From: Anaeromyxobacter sp.
Lineage (GTDB): Bacteria > Myxococcota > Myxococcia > Myxococcales > Anaeromyxobacteraceae
Direction: 5' to 3'
Length of the DNA: 64,000 nucleotides
Assembly (NCBI GenBank): GCA_049840735.1
Contig: JASGJN010000021.1
Location: 96,001 to 160,000, forward strand
Shown: in pieces, positions 31,289 through 43,827 of the stretch
Layout: each line of letters opens with the position of its first letter
How positions within the stretch are numbered: position 1 is the first letter of the stretch
The notes under the pieces: model-generated
The model's database searches: none
Seen by the model: the letters and a program-made list of their open reading frames with translations, nothing else
What the model was told of the DNA's origin: nothing
Position numbers and translations under genes: made by a program

Positions 31289-31978
31289 ATGCCTCGCCTT
31301 GCCTTCGCCGCGCTCGCCGCAGCCCTCCTCGCCGCCTGCGGCGGGGCGGAGCCGCGCGCGCCGGAGGACGGTGCGCCGCTGGTGGTGGTGCTGGCCTCCC
31401 CGCCCGGCGCCGGGCCGGACCGGCTGCGCGCCGGTGATCCCGCCGGAGCGCGCGCCGCCTTCGAAGGGGTGCTGGCCCGCGACCCGGACGCGCTGGCCGC
31501 GCTGAACGACCTGGCGGTCGCCTACCTGGTCGAGGGGCACGCCGAGCCGGCGCGCCGGCTGCTGGACGACGTGGTGGCCCAGGGCGGCCCGCGCGAGCAG
31601 CAGGCGGCGCTCCTCAACCTGGGCGAGCTGTACGCCCTGGACGGCTACCTCGACGCCGCGCAGGCCTACCTCGAGTCGGCCCGCGGCGTGGACCGCGAGC
31701 GGGCCGAGCCCTGGTACGCGCTGGCGCTGCTGGCCGACGTCCGCGGGGACCGGGCGGGCGCGCGGGCCCTGGTGGGAGAGGCCGTGCGCCTCGACGAGAG
31801 CGGTGCGGCGCGGGGCTCGCTGGCTTACGTGTATCCGGAGGAGCGCGTGCACCTCGAGGCCCTGATGGCCGAGCGGAGCGGCGAGTACGCGCTCGCGGTC
31901 ACCCGCTGGCGCGAGCTGGCGGCCGGGCAGCTGCCCGGCCTTGCGGCGGTGGCCGAGAGGCACCTCGCCGGCGAGTAG
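31289..31978 (+). CDS. TPR lipoprotein
   Basis: MPRLAFAALAAALLAAC; ALNDLAVAY and ALLNLGELY TPR helices. Confidence 0.8.
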   Translation: MPRLAFAALAAALLAACGGAEPRAPEDGAPLVVVLASPPGAGPDRLRAGDPAGARAAFEGVLARDPDALAALNDLAVAYLVEGHAEPARRLLDDVVAQGGPREQQAALLNLGELYALDGYLDAAQAYLESARGVDRERAEPWYALALLADVRGDRAGARALVGEAVRLDESGAARGSLAYVYPEERVHLEALMAERSGEYALAVTRWRELAAGQLPGLAAVAERHLAGE

Positions 31979-31984
31979 GGAGCC

Positions 31985-33053
31985 ATGAGCGGCGCGTCGG
32001 GAGAGCTGGACAGGCGGGAGCGCGAGAATCCTCCGCGTCCTGGTCCAGGACTACATCCAGACCGGCGAGCCCGTCGCCAGCCAGCCGCTGCTGGCGCGCC
32101 ACGACCTCGACTGCTCGCCCGCCACGGTGCGCAGCGTCATGTCCGACCTGGAGGAGCTGGGCTTCCTGGAAAAGCCGCACCACTCCGCCGGGCGCATCCC
32201 CACCGCGCGCGGGTACCGGCTCTACGTCGACACCCTGCTGAAGGTCCGCCCGCCCACCCTCGCCGACCGCGACCGGATCGAGCGGCTGGCCCAGGCCGCG
32301 CCGGACGTCTCCTCGCTGCTGGAGGGGACCGCCGACCTGCTCCACGACCTCTCGCACCACGCCGGCGTGGTGACCACCCCGCGCCCCAAGGCCGACCCGG
32401 TCCGGCAGCTCGAGTTCGTGCGGCTGCGCGAGAACCGCGTGCTGGCGGTCTTCGTCTCGCAGGCCGGGATCGTCACCAACAAGCTGGTCCAGCTCGAGTT
32501 CCCCATGGAGCCGGCCGAGCTGGAGCAGGCGGCCAACTACCTGAACGAGAAGCTGCAGGCCGCCGCCGACGCGGAGGCGCTGGGGTCCCTGCGCGACCGC
32601 ATCCTGGCCGACATGCGCGCCGACCGGAGCGCGCTGCACGACCTGCTGCACAAGGCGCTGCTGCTGGCCGAGCACAGCTTCGCCTCGCCCCCGGCCGAGA
32701 AGCTGCTGCTGGAGGGCGAGGAGAGCTTCCTCGACGCCCCCGAGTTCGCCGACGTGCAGAAGGCCCGGGCGCTGCTCAAGGCCTTCGCCGAGAAGGACCG
32801 GATCCTGCGGGTGCTGGACCGCGTGCTCCGCTCGCAGGAGGTGCAGATCTTCATCGGCGCCGAGAGCGAGTTCGCCGCGGTGCCCGACGTGTCGGTGATC
32901 GCCGCCCCCTACGGCCGCGGCGACCGCGTGCTGGGCACGCTGGCGGTGGTGGGCCCCACGCGCATGAACTACGCCCGTGTGATCCCCCTGGTGGACCTGA
33001 CGGCGCGCCACATCTCGCGGGCCCTGTCGGCCCTCTCCTCCGACGGCGGCTAG
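31985..33053 (+). CDS. hrcA: Heat-inducible transcription repressor; apparent +1 frameshift at 32027-32028
   Basis: Corrected [48 protein letters not shown]; precedes grpE-dnaK. Confidence 0.93.
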
Positions 33054-33184
33054 GGGCCGCGCCGAGCCTTCGGTCCGGAAGCGGCGCCTTGTTCCAGCCG
33101 CACGGCGTGTGCCATGATGTGGGCTCCCGGCGATCGGCTGCATCCGCCCGTCTTTCCCGCCCGATTCGCCCGTCAGGCTCGCCC

Positions 33185-33873
33185 ATGTCCGATACCCACG
33201 AGAGAGGGGCCTTCCAGGCCGACATCCCTGCCGACGCCGTGGAGGAAGCCCTCCGCTCGGTGGAGAAGTCCAAGGAGGCCGCCGCCGAGCCGGAGGTGGT
33301 GGTGGACGCCGGCGCGCCCGAGGCAGCCGAGGGGCTGGCCGAGCTGGTCCAGCGGCTGAGGAGCCTGGAGGCGCAGCTGGAGTTCTCGCAGACCAAGTCG
33401 CGCGAGACGCTCGACAAGCTGCGCGAGGAGCACGAGCGGCACCTGCGCGCCGTGGCCGACCTCGAGAACTTCAAGAAGCGGGCGCAGCGCGAGCGCGAGG
33501 AGACCCTCAAGTTCGGGAACGAGAAGCTGCTCAAGGATCTCTTCCCGGTCATGGACGGGCTCGATCGCGCGCTGGCCGCGGCGGCGGCGGACGATCCGCT
33601 CCGCCAGGGCGTGCAGCTGGTCCGCACCAGCTTCGAGCAGGCGCTGGGGCGCCACGGCGTGAAGGCCTTCAGCGCCATGGGCCAGCCCTTCGACCCGGCG
33701 CTGCACGAGGCGCTGATGCAGGTGCCCACGGCGGAGCAGCCGCCGGGGACGGTGGTCATGGAGCACGCGCGCGGCTTCCTGCTCAACGAGCGGCTGGCGC
33801 GGCCGGCCATGGTCGGCGTCTCGGTGGCGCCGCCCCCGGGCGACGCCGGGGACGCGGGTTCCGGGGGGAACGG

Positions 33874-33877
<4 letters not shown>
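33185..33877 (+). CDS. grpE: Nucleotide exchange factor GrpE
   Basis: [22 protein letters not shown]. Confidence 0.96.
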
Positions 33878-35697
<1,820 letters not shown>

Positions 35698-35701
35698 TCC
35701 C

Positions 35702-35902
35702 TGGGCTTCGACTCCGCTCGCCCTGCGGGCTCGCTACGCTCAGCCCGAACGGTTCATGGGGCCCGTTCGCCCTGAGCGTAGCCGCGGCGAAGCCGCGGCG
35801 GCGTCGACCCGAACGGTTCATGGTGCCCGTTCGCCCTGAGCCCTTCGACTCCGCGCCCGCTGCGCGGGCGCTCCGCTCAGGGCAGGCGGAGTCGAAGGGC
35901 AG
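35702..35902. repeat. Cluster of TTCGAC/GCTCA repeats, including a nested copy
   Basis: GGGCTTCGACTCCG..CTACGCTCAGCCC; CCTGAGCGTAG..; CCTGAGCCCTTCGACTCCG..GCTCAGGGCAGGCGGAGTCGAAGGG. Confidence 0.9.
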
Positions 35903-36000
35903 GTCCCTCCACCGCCGGGCCCCTGTCCCCCGGCCCCTCGAATTGTCAGCGCCCGATCGTGCGTTATATTGCCCGGGACCAGCCAGCCGTGGATCCGTAA

Positions 36001-37137
36001 ATGCCCGGGAGCACAGTGGAAAAGCGCGACTATTACGAGATCCTGGGCGTCGGCCGGGACGCCGACGACGCGACCATCAAGAGCGCGTACCGCAAGCTCG
36101 CGCACCAGTACCACCCGGACAAGAACCAGGGCTCCAAGGAGGCGGAGGAGAAGTTCAAGGAGGCCTCCGAGGCCTACCAGGTCCTCTCCGACCCGGACAA
36201 GCGGGCCCGCTACGACCGGTTCGGCCACGCCACCGGCCCGGGCGGCTTCGACGCCGGCTTCCCCTTCGGCGGCGCCGCCAACATCAACGACATCTTCGGC
36301 GACATCTTCGGCGAGATGTTCGGCGGCGGCGGCGGCCGCCAGCGCTCCCGCGGCCGGGCCCGCGGCAGCGACCTGCGCTACCACCTCGAGGTCTCGTTCG
36401 AGGAGGCCGCCTTCGGCACCACCGCGCGCATAAACATCCCGCGCGCCAGGCCGTGCGAGGTGTGCAAGGGCAGCGGCGCCAAGCCCGGCACCGGCCCGCG
36501 CCAGTGCCCCACCTGCGCCGGCGCCGGCGAGGTCCGGACCACGCAGGGCTTCTTCACCATCGCCCGCACCTGCCCCCACTGCGGCGGCTCCGGGCGCGTG
36601 ATCGTCGATCGCTGCACCAGCTGCGGCGGCTCCGGCGCCACCCGCGAGCAGGCCACCGTCGAGGTGAAGGTCCCGGCCGGCGTGGACACCGGCACCCGGC
36701 TGAAGCTCACCGGCGAGGGCGAGCCGCCGCCCAACCCGGCCGGCCTCCCCGGCGACCTCTACGTCGTGATCCAGGTGCGCGAGCACCCCATCTTCAAGCG
36801 CGAGGAGACCGAGGTCCTGTGCGAGGTGCCGCTCTCCTTCGCGCAGGCCGCGCTGGGCGCGTCCATCGACGTGCCCACGCTGGACGGTCCCACCAAGCTC
36901 AAGATCCCCGCCGGCACCCAGAGCGGCCGCGTCTTCCGCATCAAGGGCAAGGGCATCCCCTCGCTGCAGGGGAGCGGGCGCGGCGACCAGCACATCCGCG
37001 TGGTGCTGGAGACGCCCACCCACCTCACCCGCGAGCAGCGCGAGCTGCTGGAGCGGTTCGCCGAGATCTCCGGGGACGAGACCCACCCGCACGCCAAGAG
37101 CTTCTGGCAGAAGGTGAAGGAGCTGGTGCGGGAATAG
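36001..37137 (+). CDS. dnaJ: Molecular chaperone DnaJ (start 36001 or GTG 36016)
   Basis: HPD, G/F region, four CxxCxGxG motifs. Confidence 0.98.
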   Translation: MPGSTVEKRDYYEILGVGRDADDATIKSAYRKLAHQYHPDKNQGSKEAEEKFKEASEAYQVLSDPDKRARYDRFGHATGPGGFDAGFPFGGAANINDIFGDIFGEMFGGGGGRQRSRGRARGSDLRYHLEVSFEEAAFGTTARINIPRARPCEVCKGSGAKPGTGPRQCPTCAGAGEVRTTQGFFTIARTCPHCGGSGRVIVDRCTSCGGSGATREQATVEVKVPAGVDTGTRLKLTGEGEPPPNPAGLPGDLYVVIQVREHPIFKREETEVLCEVPLSFAQAALGASIDVPTLDGPTKLKIPAGTQSGRVFRIKGKGIPSLQGSGRGDQHIRVVLETPTHLTREQRELLERFAEISGDETHPHAKSFWQKVKELVRE

Positions 37138-37142
37138 GACCC

Positions 37143-37218
37143 CGGCCTTCGACTCCGCCTGCCCTGAGCGGAGCGCCCGCGAGGCGGGCGCGGAGTCGAA
37201 GGGCTCAGGCCGAACGGG
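37143..37218. repeat. Nested TTCGAC/GCTCA repeat, near reverse complement of the nested copy upstream of dnaJ
   Basis: CCTTCGACTCCGCCTGCCCTGAGCGGAG..GGAGTCGAAGGGCTCAGG. Confidence 0.88.
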
Positions 37219-37432
37219 CGAGGGTCGCCCGCAGGGACCACATCCCACCCGCGTCTCGCCTGACACGATCGGGCCCTGGCCCGGAAGAATCCCCGTGAAG
37301 TCGGGCGCCAACGCCGCGCTGGCAGAAGGTACAGAATCTGCTAGGGCTCCTGCCTGGCGGCCCTGCTGCCCCGCCACCCCGCCCGGGAAGCAACCGGTCG
37401 CGGCGACGGTTTCCAAGGAGATCCGGAGCTCC

Positions 37433-39520
37433 ATGCGCACCGTCGCCCCCCGCGTCATCGCCTTCCTCCTGCTGTGCCTGGCCGGCTGCCCCAAGCGCGT
37501 GGTCGTGAACGGCCAGGAGCTCTCCGTCCAGGAGGCGGACGAGCTGGCCCGCCGCGAGCTGGACCGGATCCGCGCCGAGACGCAGGGGCAGCCGCCGGCC
37601 GTCCGCGCCGACCGCCTGGCCGAGTTCGGCGCCCGCTACCCGGGCGTGCCCAGCGCCGCCGCCGCGCTCTTCGAGGCCGGCCAGGCCTACCGCGCCGCGC
37701 GCCAGCCGGACCGCGCCGCGCAGGTGCTGGGGACGCTCCTCACCGAGCACCCGCTCTTCGAGCGCTCCAACGACGCCAAGTACGAGCTGGCCCTGGCCGA
37801 CATCGAGCGCGGCCGCGCCCGCGACGGCCTGGCCACGCTGGAGTCGCTCTATCCCTACATCCCGCCGGAGCGGAGGCCGGAGGCGGCCGCCCGCGCCGCC
37901 GCGGCCGCCGAGGCGGCGGGCGCCAACGTGGAGGCCATCCGCTGGCTGGGCGAGGTGGCCGCGCTCGCGCAGGGCGACTCCCGCGCCGCCGCCAACCAGC
38001 GCATGGTCGAGGTGGTGGACCGGCTCTCGCTGGCCGAGGTGACCAGGCTGCGCCAGTCGCTGCCCAGGGAGGCGGCGGTGCAGGAGCCGCTCACCATGAA
38101 GCTGGCGCGCATCCAGCTCCACCTGCGCGACTACCCGGCCGCCGAGGCCGCCGCGCGAGAGGTCTTCCTGCGCTGGCCCACCGGCGCCTACGCCGCCGAC
38201 GCCAAGCAGCTGGTGGACCGGCTGGGCAAGCTGGCGCTGGTCCGGCCGGGCGTGATCGGCGTGGCGGTGCCGCTCTCCGGCCCCTACCAGCGCTGGGGCG
38301 AGGCCATCCTGCAGGGCGTGGGGCTGGCGCTGGGCGAGAACAGCGGCCTCAAGCTGGTGGTGCGCGACACGCGCGGCGAGCCGGACGGCGAGGCGCAGGC
38401 CATCGAGCAGCTGGCGCTGGACGAGGGGGCCATCGGCATCATCGGCGGCGTGACCAACGCCGGCGCCGAGCGGGCCGCCGCCACCGCCGAGGACCTGATG
38501 GTCCCGTTCATCTCGCTCTCCAAGCAGGACGGCATCACCGCCGCGGGCCCGTTCGTCTTCCAGAACATGCTGACCGCCAGCGCGCAGGCGCGGGCGCTGG
38601 TGGACTACGCCATGGGCAAGCGCGGGCTGCGGCGCTTCGCCGTCATGTACCCGCAGAACGCCTACGGCACCGAGCTGGCCAACGCGTTCTGGGACGAGGT
38701 GGAGGCGCGCGGCGGCGAGATCCGCGGCGCCGAGAGCTACACCGCCGACCGCACCACCTTCACGCCGCTGGTGAAGAGCATGGTGGGCAAGGCCGACCTG
38801 GATCAGCGCCCGGACTACCTGGCCCAGGTGAAGGAGATCGTCGAGAAGGAGAAGGACCCCTTCCGCCGCCGCAAGGCGCTGGAGAAGGCGCGCGAGCGGC
38901 TGGCGCCGGTCACCGACTTCGAGGCCATCTTCATCCCCGACTTCGCCCAGACCGTGAAGCTCATCGCCCCGGCGCTGGCGGTCGAGGACGTGATCACCCA
39001 GACCTGCCTGCCGGACGAGGTGAAGCGCATCGCCAGGTCCACCGGCCGGCCGGACCTGGCGCCGGTGCAGCTGCTGGGCGGCAACGGCTGGGGCGCGCGC
39101 CCCACCTCGCCCACCGAGGCGGCCCTGACCGACACCAGCCCCGGCGCGCCCGGCCGCTACGTCCGCTGCGCCGTCTACGTGGACGGCTTCTTCGCCGGCT
39201 CCGCCCGCCCGGCCACCAAGGGCTTCGTGGACGCCTTCACCACCAAGTACGCCGGCAAGGCGCCGTCCATCCTCGAGGCCAGCGCCTTCGACGCGGCGCG
39301 CATGCTCAAGGACAACCTGGGCGCGCAGAAGGCCCAGACCCGCGACGCGCTCCGCGACCGGCTGGCCGGCCTCAAGGCCTTCGCCGGCGCCACCGGCGAC
39401 ATCACCATGGGGCCGGACCGGACCCCGCAGAAGCAGCTCTTCTACCTGACCATCGACCCTGCCGGCCTGCGCGAGCTGACGCCGGAGGAGCTGGCCGTCA
39501 CCGCGGCCGCCGGACCCTGA
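37433..39520 (+). CDS. LpoA/LppC-like lipoprotein (TPR region plus periplasmic-binding-protein fold)
   Basis: Lipobox LAGC; IGVAVPLSG; RFAVMYPQNAYG; GATGDI. Confidence 0.8.
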   Translation: MRTVAPRVIAFLLLCLAGCPKRVVVNGQELSVQEADELARRELDRIRAETQGQPPAVRADRLAEFGARYPGVPSAAAALFEAGQAYRAARQPDRAAQVLGTLLTEHPLFERSNDAKYELALADIERGRARDGLATLESLYPYIPPERRPEAAARAAAAAEAAGANVEAIRWLGEVAALAQGDSRAAANQRMVEVVDRLSLAEVTRLRQSLPREAAVQEPLTMKLARIQLHLRDYPAAEAAAREVFLRWPTGAYAADAKQLVDRLGKLALVRPGVIGVAVPLSGPYQRWGEAILQGVGLALGENSGLKLVVRDTRGEPDGEAQAIEQLALDEGAIGIIGGVTNAGAERAAATAEDLMVPFISLSKQDGITAAGPFVFQNMLTASAQARALVDYAMGKRGLRRFAVMYPQNAYGTELANAFWDEVEARGGEIRGAESYTADRTTFTPLVKSMVGKADLDQRPDYLAQVKEIVEKEKDPFRRRKALEKARERLAPVTDFEAIFIPDFAQTVKLIAPALAVEDVITQTCLPDEVKRIARSTGRPDLAPVQLLGGNGWGARPTSPTEAALTDTSPGAPGRYVRCAVYVDGFFAGSARPATKGFVDAFTTKYAGKAPSILEASAFDAARMLKDNLGAQKAQTRDALRDRLAGLKAFAGATGDITMGPDRTPQKQLFYLTIDPAGLRELTPEELAVTAAAGP

Positions 39521-39662
39521 CCTGACCGCACGCACGCCCCAGCCGCGCCGGCCCGGACCGGCCATCGAAGCCGCCGCGGTCGCGCTGGACGTGCCGGAGC
39601 GCAGCGGTCACGTGGGCCCCGCCATCAGCGCGGCCCGGCCGGACCCATTACCTTGTCCGGGC

Positions 39663-40640
<978 letters not shown>

Positions 40641-40714
40641 GGCTCAGCGGGGGCGCGCACGGACGCCGCCTCCCGTGGGCGCCGGGCCGCGCTTGGGCTA
40701 GACTCCCTCCTCCG

Positions 40715-41119
40715 ATGTCCGACCCGCTCACCACCCCGGCCCCCGCGGTCCATGCGCCCGCGCCGTCGCCCGAGGACGACGCCGCCTGGGCCGAGGTGCT
40801 CGCCCGCTGGGACGACCCGGCCGCGCACGCCGGCTACCTGGCCCGCTGCACCTCGCTGGAGTCGCTGGCCCGCGCCGGCGGCCACTACCGCGAGGTGCTG
40901 AAGACGCGCCCGGACGACGCGGTGGCGAGGAAGCAGCGGGAAGACATCGTGAAGCGGGCCACCATCGTCGGGCTGGCCGCGCTGCCCCGCACCGTGCCGC
41001 AGGAGAAGCCGGCCTGGTTCCGCCACCTGATCCGCGCGGCGGCCGTCGGGTTCGGCAGCATGGCGGCCTGGGCCGTCTACAAGCTGGCCGTCGCGCTGCT
41101 CGGGGGGCCGCAGCCCTGA
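40715..41119 (+). CDS. Hypothetical protein with C-terminal membrane anchor
   Basis: AWAEVLARWDDPAAH; C-terminal hydrophobic segment; codon bias. Confidence 0.7.
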   Translation: MSDPLTTPAPAVHAPAPSPEDDAAWAEVLARWDDPAAHAGYLARCTSLESLARAGGHYREVLKTRPDDAVARKQREDIVKRATIVGLAALPRTVPQEKPAWFRHLIRAAAVGFGSMAAWAVYKLAVALLGGPQP

Positions 41120-41151
41120 TCCCCGCCGAGGAGCGCACCAGCGTCGAGGAC

Positions 41152-43149
41152 GTGCTCGGCCCCGGCGGCCGCCTGGCCCAGGCGCTGCCGGGCTACGAGC
41201 ACCGCGAGGACCAGCTGGCCATGGCCCGCGCCGTGGCCGAGGCCATCGCCAACCGCGGCTACCTGGTGGCCGAGGCCGGCACCGGCACCGGCAAGACGCT
41301 GGCCTACCTGGTGCCGGCCATCCTCTCCGGCCGGCGCGTCATCGTCTCCACCGCCACCAAGACGCTGCAGGAGCAGATCTGGGAGAAGGACATCCCGCTC
41401 CTGCGCGAGCGCTGCGGGCTGGAGTTCCACGCCGCCTACCTCAAGGGCCGCTCCAACTACTACTGCCTGGCCCGCGGCGACGAGTTCGCCCGCGCGCCCA
41501 CCTTCGCCGCCCGCGACGAGGCGGCGCTCTGGCCGCGCATCGAGGCCTGGGCGCGCGAGACGCAGACCGGCGACCGGAGCGAGATCGACCTCCCCGACCA
41601 GTTCCACACCTGGCGCGACCTCTCCGCCACCAGCGACAACTGCCTGGGGCGGGAGTGCCAGCGCTACGAGGAGTGCTTCGTCACCCGCGCCCGCGCGCAG
41701 GCCGCCCAGGCCGACGTGCTGCTGGTGAACCACCACCTCTTCTTCGCCGACCTGGCCATGCGCACCTCGCGCGCCGGCGTGGAGATCCTGCCCGAGCACG
41801 ACGTCGTCGTCTTCGACGAGGCCCACGCGCTCGAGGACGTGGCCACCGAGTACTTCGGCCTGCAGGTCTCCAGCTACCGGGTGGAGGAGCTGTCGCGCGA
41901 CGCGCTCCGCGCCGTGGCCGACCGGCCCGACCTGGCCTCCATGATGAAGGAGGCCACCGGCGAGCTGCGCCGCACCGGCGAGCGCTTCTTCCAGGCGGTG
42001 GCCGAGGGGCTGCGTCCGGGCGGGCGCGGCGGGGCCCTGGCCCACGGCGCGCGCCACGGCCGCCACGCGCCGCGCGGCGGCTACGGCCGGCCGGCGCGGC
42101 CGGAGTCGGAGGAGGGCGTGCGCGCCCCGCTCAGCGCGGAGGTGCTGGAGGGCGCGGGGGCCGAGCTGGAGAAGCTGGACGGCTCGCTGGCCTCGCTGCG
42201 CGACCTGCTGGCCGACGCCGAGGCCGGCCCGCTCGCCAACGTGGCGCGCCGCGCGGGCGAGCTGCGGGTGGAGCTGGCGGCGGTGACCGCCATGAAGGAG
42301 CCCTCGCGCGTCTACTTCGGCGAGGTGCGCGGCCGCGGCGTGTTCCTGCGCGCGGCGCCCATCGACGTGGCGGAGGAGCTGCAGGCGCGCCTCTACCGCC
42401 GCACCGACACCGTGATCTTCACCAGCGCCACGCTGGCGGCGCAGGGGCGCTTCGACTACTTCCGCCGCCAGGTGGGGCTGGCGCCGGAGTTCGACGTGGG
42501 CGAGGCCCGCTTCCCGGGGCCGTTCGACTACACCAGGCAGGCCGCCATCGTCTCGCCGCACGGGCTGCCCGAGCCCAACGACCCGGCCTTCGTGGAGGAG
42601 GCGGCGGAGACCATCCGCCAGCTCACCGAGGTCACCGGCGGCCGGGCCTTCGTGCTCTGCACCTCCAACCGCAACATGCAGGCCTTCCACCGCGCCTGCC
42701 GCGAGCTGCCCTACCGGATCCTGCTCCAGGGCGAGCGGCCCAAGTCGCGGCTGCTGGAGGAGTTCCGGGCCGAGCCCTCGGTGCTCTTCGCCACCGCCAG
42801 CTTCTGGGAGGGCGTGGACGTCCCCGGCGACGCGCTCTCGCTGGTGATCATCGACCGGCTCCCCTTCGCGCCCCCCGGCGACCCGGTGGTCTCGGCCCGG
42901 CTGCGCGCGCTGGAGGAGGACGGCCGGGACGGCTTCTCCGAGCTGTCGGTGCCGGCCGCGGCGCTGGCGCTGCGCCAGGGGTTCGGCCGCCTGGTGCGGA
43001 CGAGGGACGATCGCGGGCTGGTGGCCATCCTCGACCGGCGCCTGGTCTCGAAGGGTTACGGCCGGGCCTTCCTGGCCACCCTGCCCCGCTCGCCGGTCCT
43101 GCGTTCGGTGGAGGAGGCCCGCCGCTGGTGGGAGGGGCGCGCGGGGTGA
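41152..43149 (+). CDS. DinG/YoaA-family Fe-S ATP-dependent DNA helicase; true start possibly 41116
   Basis: EAGTGTGKT, KGRSNYYC plus three further Cys, DEAH, SFWEGVD, QGFGRLVR. Confidence 0.95.
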   Translation: MLGPGGRLAQALPGYEHREDQLAMARAVAEAIANRGYLVAEAGTGTGKTLAYLVPAILSGRRVIVSTATKTLQEQIWEKDIPLLRERCGLEFHAAYLKGRSNYYCLARGDEFARAPTFAARDEAALWPRIEAWARETQTGDRSEIDLPDQFHTWRDLSATSDNCLGRECQRYEECFVTRARAQAAQADVLLVNHHLFFADLAMRTSRAGVEILPEHDVVVFDEAHALEDVATEYFGLQVSSYRVEELSRDALRAVADRPDLASMMKEATGELRRTGERFFQAVAEGLRPGGRGGALAHGARHGRHAPRGGYGRPARPESEEGVRAPLSAEVLEGAGAELEKLDGSLASLRDLLADAEAGPLANVARRAGELRVELAAVTAMKEPSRVYFGEVRGRGVFLRAAPIDVAEELQARLYRRTDTVIFTSATLAAQGRFDYFRRQVGLAPEFDVGEARFPGPFDYTRQAAIVSPHGLPEPNDPAFVEEAAETIRQLTEVTGGRAFVLCTSNRNMQAFHRACRELPYRILLQGERPKSRLLEEFRAEPSVLFATASFWEGVDVPGDALSLVIIDRLPFAPPGDPVVSARLRALEEDGRDGFSELSVPAAALALRQGFGRLVRTRDDRGLVAILDRRLVSKGYGRAFLATLPRSPVLRSVEEARRWWEGRAG

Positions 43150-43162
43150 TCGCCTGAAGAGG

Positions 43163-43191
43163 GGCCTCAGGCTTCAGGCCTCGGGCCTCAG
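43163..43191. repeat. Short heptamer tandem repeat (GCCTCAG-like)
   Basis: GCCTCAG GCTTCAG GCCTCGG GCCTCAG; related run at 49303-49331. Confidence 0.6.
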
Positions 43192-43243
43192 GAAAGACGC
43201 GAGGCCGGCTGTGTCCCCTTGCGAATCCCGGCCCGGCGGTTAG

Positions 43244-43822
43244 ATGCTCCGCCGCATGGACGCCCGCGACGAGGAGGGCGCCGTCCGCGAGCGGCACGCC
43301 GCGGGGCGCGACGAGGTCGGGCTGGGGCAGGTGAGCGACGTGCTGGCCGCGCTGGCCGCCGTCGACCTGCGCCAGCTCCCGAAGGCGCTGCGCGGCTCGG
43401 AGGTGGCGCGCCGCCTCTCGCACGCGCTCGACGAGGAGTTCGGCAGCGCGGTGCGCGAGCCGGCGCCGGGCGTGGACGGCGCGGTCCGCACCCCCGACCA
43501 CGTGGTGGAGCTGCGCGAGGCCGAGGGCGGGCCGGTGCAGGCCGTGGCCGTCGCCTACCGCATCCTCGATTTCCGCCAGCTCGAGCCCGGGCAGCTGGAC
43601 CGCACGCTGGGCGAGTGCCTGGCCTACGCCGAGCGCTACCAGGCGGTGGTGCTGGCGGTGGTCTACCTCGAGCGCCCGCCGCACCCGGTCCCGCCGGAGT
43701 GGCGCGACCCCGGCCAGCCGCTGCACCTGGAGCGCGGCGGAAGGCGCGTCCCGCTCCACGTCCTGGCCCGCCCCGCAGACTGGGACGTGCTCTGGGCGGA
43801 GCAGTTCGAGCGGAAGAAGTAG
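43244..43822 (+). CDS. Hypothetical protein, possibly a degenerate PD-(D/E)XK nuclease-like fold
   Basis: RTPDHVV ... AVAVAYR ... LGECLAYA ... VVLAVVY; host-like codon bias. Confidence 0.6.
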   Translation: MLRRMDARDEEGAVRERHAAGRDEVGLGQVSDVLAALAAVDLRQLPKALRGSEVARRLSHALDEEFGSAVREPAPGVDGAVRTPDHVVELREAEGGPVQAVAVAYRILDFRQLEPGQLDRTLGECLAYAERYQAVVLAVVYLERPPHPVPPEWRDPGQPLHLERGGRRVPLHVLARPADWDVLWAEQFERKK

Positions 43823-43827
43823 CCGGG

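Noticed and set aside
31060..33873. CIRCE operator for hrcA-grpE-dnaK
   Set aside because: No TTAGCACTC-N9-GAGTGCTAA-like inverted repeat seen upstream of hrcA, grpE or dnaK.
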